Position numbers and translations under genes: made by a program | From: the human T2T-CHM13v2.0 reference genome, Homo sapiens | DNA: 64,000 bases | Direction: 5' to 3' (one strand) | NCBI RefSeq assembly: GCF_009914755.1 | Contig: NC_060928.1 | Notes under the pieces: generated by a model | The model's input: only the letters and a program-made list of their open reading frames with translations | What the model was told of the DNA's origin: nothing | Database searches by the model: none | Part shown: one piece after another, positions 43,890-58,008 of the stretch | Layout: each line of letters starts with the position of its first letter | How positions within the stretch are numbered: the first letter of the stretch is position 1

Positions 43890-44810
43890 GGGCATAACTC
43901 CCCACTCCTTGAGTGTGGGCTTCTTTCCAAAGAATTTAATATCAAAAGAGGGGAGGGGAAGAGCTACTGTACAATGGTGAAACCTGACAAGCCGTGCCAC
44001 AGCCAGATGATCAAGGTTAACATCTTCAGTGATAAGTCATGTTGACAGTACAGTTGATGCTTTGAACAACACATTTTTTTAATACATTTTTTTTTCAGTA
44101 TAGTTGCCCTTCCTTATTGTAGGTTCCACAACCAAACACAGATTGAAAATATAATATTTGTGGTATATGGAAACTCCCAAATAAGGAGGGCTAACTATGT
44201 GTCCTCAGATTCCACAGGCTGACTACAGGACTTGAGTATGTGTGCATTTTGGTATTCACAGTGGTCCTGGAACCAGTTCCCGTAGATAACTGATAAATGA
44301 CTATATATACCCTTGGATAATGTGGTGATAATAGCACTTTACTTCTGTTGTCTTCCTCCTGAGTGCTCATAACCCCTCTCCAACCATGAGAAAAATTTTA
44401 GGCAAACCCACGTTAAAAGACATTCTGTAAAATCACTGACTAGTACTCCTCAAAACTGTGAAGGTTATCAAAAACAAGGAAAGTTTGAGAAACTGTCACC
44501 ACCAAGACAGTACCCAAGAAAGCATGATAGCTAAATGTAATGTTACAATATCCTGTGTAGGATGCTGGAATGAAAAAAAAAAAAAAAGGACATTAGGGAA
44601 AAATTAAGGAAATCTGAATAACTATGGTCTTTAGTTTAATAATAATATCTCAATCTGGGTTCACTGATTGTAACAAATATACCATGCTAATATGAGATAG
44701 TAATAATAAGGGCAACAGTGTACATGGGTGGGTGGGCATATGCGAGCTGTTTGTACTATCTGCTCAATTCTTCTGTAAATCTTAAACTTTGCTAAAAAAT
44801 AAAATATATT
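43890..44810 (+). mobile_element. L1MC-type 3' UTR, interrupted by a MER2/Tigger2-type element at ~44051-44305
   Basis: cataactccccactccttgagtgtgggct...agtactcctcaaaactgt...; the insert begins ta|cagttgatgctttgaacaacac and contains ggtcctggaaccagttccc. Confidence 0.65.
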
Positions 44811-47800
44811 TAAATAAATTTTGAGGTCAGTATAATAGATCTGGGCATATTGTAGATGAAGTAATTGAAGTTTAAAAGGCTAACTCTGAGTTCTGTACTG
44901 CAGTGAACAGGATGCATGGAGTAAGGCAAAGAAGAGTCATGAAGAAGATTGTGGATTTCATGGGTGAGGGCTTTGATGACCTCTCCTATTCATAGTCCCC
45001 CTGCCCATAATGATAGTGGAAAGTTACTGGGAAAAGCCCTGAGAGGAACTTGGCTGGGGAACCTGGGTTTGGGGCTGCCCTGAACTTGCCTGTTTCACTG
45101 CACTTCTCAGTTGAAGCCTATAAAGGTGTGTGTTAGTTCTGGCCCCAAACCCAGACCCCAACACTATAAAGAACTCTTTCTCTTAGTGTTTTGGTTATTT
45201 TTTCTTTCACCTTGGGTGCAGCTTCCAGTTTAGTCTCACCAGGAACTATGTCATTTCATGCCTTTTGTGGATCCTAAGTCTGTATTCTCCTTCTATAGGT
45301 TTATTACTGTTTGGGCTCATCTAGAGTCTGAAACCTTTTGAGTTTCTATTTAATTTCCTTTAGAGTTTTGTTTTTTTTTAACTTTAAAAATTCCCTTGAC
45401 TTCAGCAAATAGTGTTGTATTATGTGCCTTATTTGCTTAAATCGGCAGTTATTAACATCAATATTAAACAAAGACATATACTTAGTTTTATCCCTGTTTG
45501 AATGACTATTAGGGAATAACTAATAGTAACCTGTTATTCTTGGGACAAGTGGAATAGTTATTGTGCCATTGTCAGTTTTACAAGGTTATGAAGAAGTTAG
45601 ATCAGATTTACTTACATTTGTCATTATTTGTACAGTATACTATGTTAAAGTTGTGGCATCATATGTTAAGACTATATATATGTTATTTTTTTTGAGTTGG
45701 GCTTTTATCAGTTGATAAAGCTGATATATAAAAAAAAGTCTTGATGTGAAAATATTCCATAAATAACATTTATCTAAAAGCAGAAAATGACAATAAGAAC
45801 TATAACAAAACCTTTAGCATTTGGAATCTAAGAAGACCTAGAGAGATTTAGAAAAAGAAGGATAATTTTATAAGGAATTTTATAAGAAAAAGGATAATTT
45901 TAAACTTATAAGAAGTTTAAAAATAAGCACATTTTATTGTTGGGTTTAATTTTTTATTCATGGATAAATTAGCTGATGTAGAGAGACTAGTTTTTTCTTT
46001 CTATCTCAATTCCTTTTTGAATGAAATTTAGAGGTGAAATAAATATTACAATGTCATGTCTGTAATACTTTTAAAAATATTTGTAAAAGTTTTACAATTG
46101 GAATAGCAAAAATAACACCTTCTGTGTGTCAGGCACTGTGCATAGTAAACAAAGATATATTAGATGGGCTCCTCGTTATGTATCAACTCATTATTTAGTG
46201 GGAGAGATATTTGACTCAACAACTAACATGAAGAAACAGTTAACAGAATCTGCAGCTCTTGGTTGTTGATTGTATGTGAGAAATGAGAAAGAAAAGCAGT
46301 CAAAGGTGATAAAAATTTTTACTGTCAATGACTGGCAGATGGAAGTATCCTAACTCCAGGGAGAAAAGGAGAAACAGGTTGGAGGTGAGAGAGAAAATAC
46401 CAGTGTTGAGTTTGAAAAGCCTTTGGGACAAAATGTTGAATATGTCCTAAAGGCAGTTGTATATATGGATTTGTAGCTCAAGAGGATGATTATTTCGAGA
46501 GATGAAAATATGGAAATTGAGATGAAAATGTGGAAATTGGAAATCAGTGTTTGAGATTCTGCAGACAAGTCAGCAAAGGAGACTGAGAGTGACAAAAGTA
46601 GTCATTAATAGCAGAAGGGGATTTCATGGGCATGTAAATATGTGTAAATACACATTTTACAACTTGCCTAATTGTAGCCAGCATGGTCCCTGCAATGTAA
46701 GTTCTGAAGAAATGTGTCATTTTTCTTTTTCCTGAATAGAATGAATGAATTTGGGGAAGGATTGTATTATACTTTTTGAGAGGAACAGCTCGAATTCTGT
46801 TCTCTTCCCTGCCAGCCCCTCTTGCATTTCAGGGTTTTTACTTGCCCACAGCATTCTTGCCTAGTAATTAAAACCTATTTTCAAACTCTTTGAAGTGCTT
46901 TCCCAGAATGGCCTTCTGTATGTGCTGATACTGTACTTTTTATTAATTTTCAAGTTCCTTTACTCACATTACATATATGTAATTCTATCTTATGTGAGTT
47001 TGGATTTTTATGAGCATATTCCATAACATTTAACCATAGTTAACACTTAGGTTAACGTGCCTTCCCCAGACACTTTAGAACTTATAAAAACTTCATTTGA
47101 ATTGTAATAACTAAAAGCACCAGGCAGGTGTCAGACACATTTAAAAAGCCCTTGGGAGGACTGAAAAAAACCCAGTAGTGATTAAAGGGGCAAAATTGTA
47201 AGAACATGAGGTGTAAATGTTATACTCGAGTTTGTGACTGATATGATGTAAAATAATGAAGCACAGTAAAAAGATAAGTCAGGTTTACTTCTCACTAGAT
47301 TAATAGAACAGCTGGACAAATATTTTCACATGTGTTTATGATATTTTTGTTATTTTGTAAACTTGGATACTTGAAATATTGGCCATGGAATGTTAAAAAT
47401 AATGCTATTAAAAATAACTCAATTAATGGTACTTATTAATGGCAGTTTTTCTTGATCATTCTTATCAGTAAAGCACATGCTATCTAGGAGGTAAAATATG
47501 TGGCAAGACTAACATACATTCTTAAAAGTAACATAACTTATGAGCAAATACGGGACTGAGACTATACTATATATACCTAAACTCTGTAGTTAGATATAAA
47601 TGGTCTCTTGTTTATAACGGGTACTAATAAAATTCTTATTTTCAAATTAGCCTATGCTACTATCTATTAAGAAAGAATTATACTTCACCTTTGCCACTCG
47701 ATCTGCTCACCAGAAATACATTTGAATTTGAATTGCTGGTACTGTGTAAAATCTTGTTTTAAATTTAAAAAATTATTTTTAGCAGCCAGCTTTGTCTAGC

Positions 47801-49674
47801 CCCAAATTAACTTTCATCTAAAATCTTAACGGGACATTTCATTTCTCTTTTAAGGACTTAGAACAGGACATCATAATTCTTAGAAAGAGTGCTGGTTTGG
47901 AAACCACAATTCTGCATTCTTATCATTTCTGCCATTTAACTAGCTCTAGGACTTTTGGCATATTACTCAGCCTCTTTGTACTTTGCCTCAGTTTTAGGTG
48001 AGTAGGTTAGACTAAGTGACTCCTAAAGCCCTTCTGCTAATAACATTCTATGAGTAGGTCACAGTACTTGTACTTTAATCTGTTGCATATCTTTTGTGCC
48101 AATGGTGGCCAAATATTTGGGGCAGTTTCTCTAACTGTCAAGTGTAATAGTTAAAAGACTTGTATCCCAGTTCTGCCATTTGCTAAGCTGTGTGACTTTG
48201 GACAAATTACTTCACCTCTTTGCACTTAATATTTTTTTCTGTAAAATTGTAGTAACAGTGTACAACTCAGAAGACTGTTGCAAGCAGTAAAAGGGATAAG
48301 ACATAGTAAGCATATAGAAAGATTCCACAAAATTAGTACATGCTGATTGCTGCTCTCTTCCATTTTTAAGAAATTGATGTATGTTTGACCTCAAATGGAG
48401 CAAAAATATGACATCACAGCTTATGATTCCTTAAGTTTTCTGTTAGTAGTAAAGTGTAATATTTATCTTTGAAACTGAATATAGACTTTTAAACTCTTTG
48501 TACCAAAATACAGTGATTTTTGGCAACTTAAACTTCAAGCTTAAAATAACCTCCCTTGGTAATGAAATTGCTGTGACTTCTCATAAAACTCGAGACCAAC
48601 GCAACATACGAGTTCAGCTACTTGGGTTGCATTTTGCAGGCCATCTAGGTAAGATTCATCAGTACATAGTCCTGTACAAAGTCATATTTTCTAGGGACCC
48701 TGCAGTCTTTTCATTATGCCTTATTAGTAACACTTGACTTGAATTATTCCAATGCGTATTTTCTTCACAGTGCCAGATTTTCAAGTTAGAGTTTCAAATG
48801 TCTTAATTTTTTTTCTTTCTGTTTTGTTTTGTTTTGGAGGAAGAAGCATTGTTTCATTCTTATCCACAGGTCCTGTAGTCCACCTTTCTGTGGCAGTGGA
48901 GTGACCCTTCAATTGGTTGAGGCTTTATACTATATTTTCACATTTTCAAACAAAGTATCAAGAATGTTTACCTGTATGTTGGATATTTATTAATAAACCA
49001 TATTAATCTTTCTATTGATACCAAGATATTGACATTGTACTTAGCAGAGAAAAAAATCATGAAATGACCATAATCTTGTACTTTCTAACATTAATGCCTA
49101 GGTTATCTTCATCATCTACAGAGAACAATGACCATTTTTCCAGGTTCTCTAATCTCTTTCCTTCAGTTAAGCCAGATAATTAAAAAGCAGTATATATACA
49201 TTCAGTTACATTGCCTGAATAAAGAAATCTCTTCACTGGATTATTATTTTATGCCATATCCTTGGCTTTTGCAGACAATTGCTGTAAGAACAACAGCAAT
49301 AATGTAGAGTTGGCATGATGGTAATTGCAATAAAAACAGTGACCCCAGCAATTTCCTTTCTGATTATTGTCAGGCCACAGTTTGCCTAGGTAGTTGCTCT
49401 AAACTGAATAAAATCTGCATACAAATTTCTTACCACCCCTAACCCCTCAACAAAAACACACTCTGCTGTTTATCTAAAGCTTGTTTTATTGGGTGGGCCC
49501 TGATCCTTGTTTTAGTGTTCACTTTCTTAATTCCTTGTCCACAGTCCCCCTTGTGTAAAACTTAATTTACCACATGTAAATGAAAAGTACTAGTTTTGTT
49601 TATTTGACTTTATATTATGTTATGAATAGGCATTTCTTGCTTTGTACTACAATCGTTTTTACAGCCCTATACTA

Positions 49675-49860
49675 CAGGCATTTCTTGCTTTGCAGTCTAG
49701 TACAAAGCAAGTATAGGGCTGTAGTATAGGGCTGTAAAAATGATTGTGCAAGGTGAAATTATGCAGAATGATCTTAATCAGTGGGAAAAATTACAAGTGT
49801 TACATAACTTTTAAACATTTTGTCAAAACATTAAGAACGTTCATTCTTGGTTATAAATGT
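49675..49860. mobile_element. Tigger (Tigger6-like) terminal fragment with a locally rearranged end
   Basis: ta|caggcatttcttgctttgca...ctgtaaaaatgattgtgcaag...ttttgtcaaaacattaag; family call from memory. Confidence 0.5.
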
Positions 49861-50379
49861 TGAGGCAGTGCATTTTGGCTGTATAACAGATCCCTTGCTA
49901 GTTTCCCTACCTCTTAACTTATTTCTTTGACTAGCCCTTCATTCACACACTGACAGCCTAGTACTCCATTTTATGAGGACACAACAATTTATTTACTCAT
50001 TTTTATGTTAATGAATTTTTAAGACACTTCCACCTTTTATTTTTATTGTTGTTATAAACAGTGCTCAGTAATATTCTTATTCATTTTCTTTTGTATATTG
50101 GTAAGAGTTTCTGTAGGGTATACGTATCTAGAAGAAGTTGTTATTGTTATTGGACATGTACGCTTCAACATTACTAGATAGTTTGAAATTGCTTTTTTTG
50201 TGTGTCATTAATTTTTTTTGCTTAATTTGTATCAATCAATTTTTTAAATATTTTGAAGATTGTTCACTCCTTAGCAATTATGTCATTGACATTTTTGATG
50301 ACTTTTGATCTTATAGACAAAAGTGAACTCTTTCAAATTATATGAGATTAATCTACATCAGAGGTCATAGTCTTTAGAC

Positions 50380-50525
50380 ATAATCTGGCCTGCAGTGTAT
50401 TTTGGTCCAGCTCCCTAGCTAAGAATGAATTTTTCATTTTTAAAGGGATATTAACAAGAAGAATATGTGACAAAGACTTTATGTGGCATATACAGCCCAA
50501 AATATTTACTCTCTGGCTCTTTATA
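50380..50525. mobile_element. MER58-type fragment
   Basis: ctaagaatgaatttttcatttttaaa...aagaatatgtgacaaagac...aaaatatttactctctggc. Confidence 0.6.
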
Positions 50526-51065
50526 TTTCGTCTTTTTAGATCCCACAATACGTGGAAAACTGCCTTCAAGTTTATTTACCTCAGTGACGGCTGTGGGTGT
50601 AAACATTGTGTCGCTGTTACATAGTCTAACCTGTATCTAAAAATAAGCTTGTAAAATTGATTTGGTATTGTTTCTTTTTCTTCAAAATCCTTAGAAGTAT
50701 GAGAACATTTTGCCTCAGCATAATTAATGTTTCATTGTTTGTCTTTTTTTAAGTTAAATCTGTTTGGTAGTTGCATTATTTAAAAAATTGAGATATGGAA
50801 GTATTGGTGATTAAATTGTAATTATGAAGTCACTCTGTAGTATCTTAAGCTTAACAATAATTTTATTGTGGAAACATGATTGCTTACAGTTTAAGTACCA
50901 ATGTACAAATAATTGATATACTAATTATAAATAATTACTCATCCAAAACACTGTGCCAAGCAAATCCTTGTTTACTTATGGATACATAATCACTTTGTCT
51001 ATTTGTGTATTCTGTGGTTTGTAGATTTCAGTCAGTGATGTAATGATATTATCTGTCTTAAATGA

Positions 51066-51428
<363 letters not shown>

Positions 51429-51519
51429 TATGATTATTCTTTTCATGTATCTGTCTCCTAATTAGCCTCAAATATTGATTTTTAGACTATGTATAATCTA
51501 TTACTCTGAAACAGTTTTT

Positions 51520-51835
<316 letters not shown>

Positions 51836-52155
51836 TGAAACAGTTTTTCAAAAAGATTAATCATCTTGGGTTAATAGAAAAAAATCAGGCAGAAAGATAA
51901 AACTACTTCTGTCATTACTTAAGGATTCCTGTGTTTATGCTATTAGGTATCTCCCTCATCTTAATTGAATATGATGCAAGGCAGTGTCCTTGGTGGAAGC
52001 TGGATTCTGTCAGTCTGAACTTTGAGATGTTCTTCCTATCCCTTTCTTATTTTTGCTCTTAACTTTTCTACCCTGATTCTCATATCTTCTAACCTACTCA
52101 TCTGTTACCATATTATCATATTTCAATATTTTTGAAGCAGCATTGTGAAGGTAAT

Positions 52156-52520
52156 TGTCTTATTTCAGGCTGCTATAACAAAATACCATAGACTGGGTGG
52201 TTTAAACAACAGAAATCTATTTCTCACAATCCTGGAGGCTGGGAAGTCCAAGATCAAAGTGCTGGCAGATGTGGTGTCTTCTTAGGGTTTGCTGCTTGGC
52301 TTTCATGTGGTCATCTTGACATAGCCTCACATAGTGGAAAGCAGAGAGAGAGAGAGAGATATCAAGCTCTCCTGTCTCTTCTTATAAGGACACTAATCTC
52401 ATTCATGAGGGCTCCACCCTCATGAACTAATTACTTCCCAAGGGCCCTGTCTTCTAATATCACATTGTGGATTAGGATTTCAGCATATGAATTTGGGAGG
52501 GACAAATTTGGTCCATAGCA
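52156..52520 (-). mobile_element. MLT1A-type MaLR solo LTR
   Basis: gctgctataacaaaataccatagactgggtggtttaaacaacagaaat...cttataaggacactaatc...gtccatagca. Confidence 0.85.
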
Positions 52521-53463
52521 GCACCATACAAAAACAGTATTAAAGGTGGTCTCGTTTTCATCAGGCATGTTTCCAACTTGAAAGATTTGTTAATGTCCAT
52601 AATTTTTGTCTGTTTGCCATTTCTGTTCTTTTCCCTTTTCTCCTCTTTTCTTTTGCATTCAGTGCATTTTGATATTGTATATTATCTCCTCTATTATCTT
52701 AATAGCTAAGCCTCTTTATTTTACTTAAAAAAATACTTGCTCAAGCATCTATACTATACATACTTACATTCTGTCTTCAAATAACACTGCACCACTTTAT
52801 TTATAGTTTAAGTTCTTACATCAATATACTTTTGTTTTCTTGTGCTGTATTCTGTATTTTACCTCTAAATACACAATAAACTTTATATTGTAGAGTTAAA
52901 ACTTTTAGTCAGTTACCTCTTAAAGAAATTAATTGAAAAAAGAGCTATTCTATATTTATTCATATATTTGCCGTTTCTAACCCTCTTCATTTCTTTGTAT
53001 AGATCTAGGTTTCCATTTGATATAAATTCCCATCAAGCTTTAGAAATTGTTTTAATATTTCTTGTAGTGGAGATCTACTAGTGACATATCCTCTCAGCTT
53101 CTGTTTGTCTGATAATATCTTGTCCTCACCTTTCATTTTTAAGGATATGCCATTCTAGCTTGACAGGTTTTTTCTTGCAGCACTTGTCCTCCATTGTCAC
53201 TTGGCTTGAATTGTTTCTGATAAGAAGTCAGCAGTAGTTCTTTGCTTACAGATATATAATGTGTTCTTATATTCTCATTTCTCTTAAGACTTTCTCTTTC
53301 TTATCAGTTTTTAGTAATTTGATAATGATGCATCTTGATGTAGTTTCCTTACTTGGATTTCACTGAGCTTTTTTGGATCTAGTTAATATTTTTAAAAATC
53401 AAATTTGCCTATGTTTTTGTCATCTTCTTCCACTTTTTTTTCCTGACTTTTCAATTGTATATA

Positions 53464-54721
53464 TGAGGGGACTTCAAAAAGTTCATGGAAAAATGGAATT
53501 AAAAGATAAAAAATATAAACTTTATTTCTCAACATAAGGTCCATCAAGTTCAAGATACTTTTGTAAGTGATGATACCAGTCATTTAGTCTATCCCTAAAG
53601 AACTGAGTGTCCTGGGAAATTAATCATATCAGTGTTATATTTTTTACATTAGTAATTGAATAAAAATGGGTGCCCTTTAAAAATTTTTAAAGATTAAGAA
53701 ACAAAAAGAAGTCAGAAGTTGCTAAATCAGGATTGTAAGATAAATGCCTAATGATGTCCCATTGAAATTCCTGCAAAATTGCCCTTGTTTGATGAGACAA
53801 ATAAGCATAAACTTTGTGGTAAAGGAGGACTCTGGTGAAGCTTTCCTGGGCATTTTTGTGCTAAAGCTTTTGCTCACTTTCTCAAAACACTTGCAGTCAG
53901 CAGATATTATTATTCTTTGGAAAGTCAACAGGCAAAATATCTTGAGCATTCAGAAAAACTGTTGCCATGACCTTTGCTCTTGACCAGTCCATGTTTGCTT
54001 TGACTGGACTACTTCTATCTCTTGGTAGCCATTGCTTTGATTGTGCTTTGTCTTCAAGATCTGTAGAGCTGTGTTTCATTTCCTGTTACAGTTCTTTGAA
54101 GCAGTACGTCAAAATCTTGATCCCACTTGTTTACAGTTTTGATTGAAAGCTCTGCCCTTGTATGCAGCTGATCTGGGCATAAGGATTTTGGCCCTAATCA
54201 TGTGGAAAGTTTGCACAACTTTAATTTTTCAGTCAGAATTGTTTAACCTGAACCAATTGCAGTGGCTCTGGTGGTGGGTATTGTTTGTGCTGTTAATCAT
54301 TTATCTTCTTCAATTAGGGAACAAACAAGATGAGTTTTTTCCTTGCAAACTGATGTGGAAGGTCAGCTGCTGGGGGCTTCATCTTCAACATAGTCTTGTT
54401 CTTTCAGTTATCCATTTGTAAACTGCTATCTCATTAGGGCATTGTCTCATGAACTTTTCATAAAGCATCAATAGTTTTACCATTTTTCTATCCAAGCTTC
54501 ACCATAAATTTGCTGCTTCTTGCTTCAATTTTAACAAAATTCATGTGGCTCTGACAAACTGTTTTCAAACTGGTATCTTACCCTTAGTGCCTCAAACTGG
54601 ACTCTGTTCAGACATGTTTTAACAAGTTAGTATGAATTTATTTTGGTGCAAAAATAACTGAAATCCATGCATAATTTTTAAAATAATACATCTTTTACGT
54701 GAACTTTTTGAAGACCCCTCA
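53464..54721 (-). mobile_element. Near full-length HSMAR2 mariner DNA transposon (decayed transposase), TA TSD
   Basis: TIRs tgaggggacttcaaaaagttca / tgaactttttgaagacccctca, TA on both sides; ORF 53897-54079 EDKAQSKQWLPR...WSRAKVMATVF is mariner transposase. Confidence 0.92.
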
Positions 54722-55822
54722 TATATTAAACCTCTTAATATTGTTGTTATTAAGGGACCTGTGTCTCTGAGGATGTCATGTTTTTTTTTGTCAATCTTTT
54801 TTGTTTCTATGCTTACTTTGAATGGTTGTTCTGTCTCCAAATTTACTGATTTTTTTCTTCAGCTTGTAAGCTTATTTAGTGCACTTTAAAATTTCCAATA
54901 TTATATCTTTTAGCTGTAGAAGCTTCATTTGGTTCTTTTTATGTTTTCTATCTTTTCCTCATAATTTTAATGTTTTCCTTAAAATTCTTTTTTGTCTTCT
55001 TCTTTTTTTAAAAATTTCTTTTGGCCAGGTCAATAACTGCATAGTGTTTTCCTGAAAATTTTTGAAAATATTTACGATACCTGTTTTTAAGATCTTGTTT
55101 GCCAATTTTATCACTTCTTTTATTTCTATATCTATTTGTATTGAACTTTTTTTCTCCAATGTTTTTATATTTGGATCAAGTTTTTGTTTCTTCTATTTCT
55201 TTAAGATCTCTAAACTTTACAGAAAATTTGCAAGAACAGTCACAAACATTTTTTTCTTCAACCATTTGAATTTAGTTGCTGCCATATGCCCCATCACAGC
55301 TGAATACTTCAGTGCGTATTTCTACAAAAAGCAAATTCTCTTACATAACCACAGTGTAACCATAAAATTAGAAATGAGCATTATTATTGTCACTCAAGTT
55401 TTGTCAGGGGTCCCAATAATTTCCTTTATGACAAAATAAGTTAGTCCAGAATCATGTGTTGCATTTATTTGTCACATCCGTGAAGATTTCTTCAGTTGGT
55501 AACAGTTTCTTCAGTCTTCTTTACTTTAGTGACCTTGACATTTTTGTAGATTACAGGGTAGTTATTGTGAAAAATATCCTTAAATTGAGATTTGCATGAC
55601 ATTCCCTCATGATTAGATTTAGGTTATTCTTAGAAAGGATGCTGCATTCTTCTCATTGCATTCTATCAGGTGATACTTGATTTTAACTTGTCGTATTTCT
55701 AGTGATGTTAACTTTGATTATGGTGGTGTCAGCCAGGCTTCTTCATTGTAAAATTACTCTTTTTCCTGTTAAGTTAATATTTTGTGGGAAGTTATTTTGG
55801 GACTATATAAATATCCTGTTTT

Positions 55823-56133
55823 GGCCGGGCGAGGTGGTTCATGCCTGTAATCCCAGCACTTTGCGGGGCTGAGATGGGTGGGTGACCTGAGGTCAGGAGT
55901 TTGAGACCAGCCTGGCCAACATAGTGGAACCCCGTCTCTACTAAAAATACAAAAATTAGCCAGGCGTGGTGACATATACCTGTAATCCCAGCTACCTCAG
56001 GAAGCTGAGGCAGGAGGATCACTTGAACCTGGGAAGCAGAGGTTGTAGTGAGTGGAGATCGCACCACTGCCCTCCAGCGTGGGTGATAGAGTGAGACTCC
56101 ATCTCAAAAAAAAAAAAGAAAGAAAGAAAAAGA
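55823..56133 (+). mobile_element. AluS (host-sense orientation) inside an L1MC-type fragment
   Basis: ggccgggcgaggtggttcatgcctgtaatcccagc...gagactccatctcaaaa; imperfect TSD ATAAATA(T/C)CCT(G/A)TTT. Confidence 0.92.
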
Positions 56134-57711
56134 AATAAATACCCTATTTCTTAAGAGATTTTTAAATTTATTTCGTTTTTATGGGATCATAAATTCCTTT
56201 CTATTCAGTGGTTTATGATTTCTCAGTATCACTATTTGTATTGATGTCTCAGTTGCACCAGTTTGGCTAGCAGGCCCTCTTTTAAGCTGTCTTTTGTGTG
56301 CTCTTGGCATTAATTAATCGCAGATGGAAAGTCAGTTGTAACTCTGTGCAGCTTTGACATTTTACATAGCTGAGTTAATAAAGTGCTTAGAACAGTTCAT
56401 GGCACATAGTCAAGGTTCAATATATGTTAGTACTTATGATTGCAATTATACATTTTTTATTTTAATCATTTTGGAGTACAGTATTTTTAATGAGCTACGT
56501 ATTTATTTTTGTATTTTTTATTGGTGTATCATAGTTGTACATATTTTGCAGGCACATGTGATATTTTGATGTGTATACAATATGTACTGATCAATTGGGA
56601 TAATTGGAGTCTTCATCACCTCAAACATTGAACTTTTCTTGGTTTCGGGAACATTACAATTCTCCTCTTTTAGTTATCTTGAAATATGCAGTAAATTGTT
56701 GTTAACTATGATGTCTCTACTGTACTACTGAATACTGGTACTTACTCCTTCTAACTGTGGTTTTGTACCCATTAGCCAATTTTTTTTCATCTCCCTCCTC
56801 CTCTCTTCCCTCCTCAGGCTCTGGTAACCACCATTCTACGCTTTACCACCATGAGATCCACATTTTTAGCTTGCACATATGAGTGAGAACATAAAGTATT
56901 TGTCTTTTCTGTGCCTAGCTTATTGCACTTAACATAATGACCTCTCATTTTATCTGCGTTGCTGCAGATGACAGGATCTCATTTTTTTAATGGCTAAATA
57001 ATAATTGATGAACACTTAGGTTGACTCCATACCCTGGCTGTTGTAAATAGTGCTACAATAGACATAGGAGTGCAGATATCTCTTGGAAAGACTGCTTTCC
57101 TTTCTTTTGGTAGTAAACCCAGTAGTGGAATTGCTAGATCATATGGTAGTTCTGTTTTTAGTTTTTTGAGGAACCTCCCCACTGCTTTCCGTAAATGGCT
57201 ATACTAATTTACATTCCCATCGACAGTGTACACATGATTTCCTTTCTCTGCATCTTCTCCAGCATTTCTTATTTTTGTCTTTTTGATAATAACCATTCTA
57301 ACTTGCATAAGATAAGAGATCATTGTGGTCTTGATTTGCATTTCCATGATGATTATGATGTCGAACATTTTTTCATATAGTTATTGGCCATCTTTCTTTT
57401 GCGCATTTTTTTTATTGGATTATTTATATTTGCTACTGAGTTGTTTGAATTCCTTTTGTTATTCTGGTTATTATTTCTTTGCTGAATAGGTAATTTGCTA
57501 ATATTTTCTCTCATTCTGTAGATTGTCTCTTCACTTTCTTAATTGTTTCCTTTGCTGTGCAGACACTGTTGAGGTAATTTGTCTTTTTTTTTGCCTTTGT
57601 TACCTGTACTTTTGAGGTCTTGCCCAGACCACTGTTGTATAGCATTTCCTCAGTGATTTCCCCAAGTTTTCTTCTAGTAGTTTCATAGATTCAGGTCTTA
57701 TGTTTAAGTGC

Positions 57712-58008
57712 TTTTTTTTTTTTCCTTTTGAGACAGGGTCTCACTCTGTCACCCAGGCTGGAGTGCAGTGGTGTGATCTTAGCTTACTTCAGCCTTGAAC
57801 TCCAGGGTTCAAGCAATCTTCCTTTCTTAGCCTCCTGAGCAGCTAGGAATACAGGTGTGAACCACTACACCTATTTTTTTAAATTATTATTATTGTAGAG
57901 GTGGGGTCTTGATATGTTGCGCAGGCTCAAACTTCTGGCCTCAAGTGATCCTCCCACCTCTGCTTCCTGAGTTGCTGGGATTACAGGAGTGAGTCATGTG
58001 CCTAGCCA
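57712..58008 (-). mobile_element. AluJ
   Basis: gagacagggtctcactctgtcacccagg...gagtcatgtgcctagcc. Confidence 0.88.
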
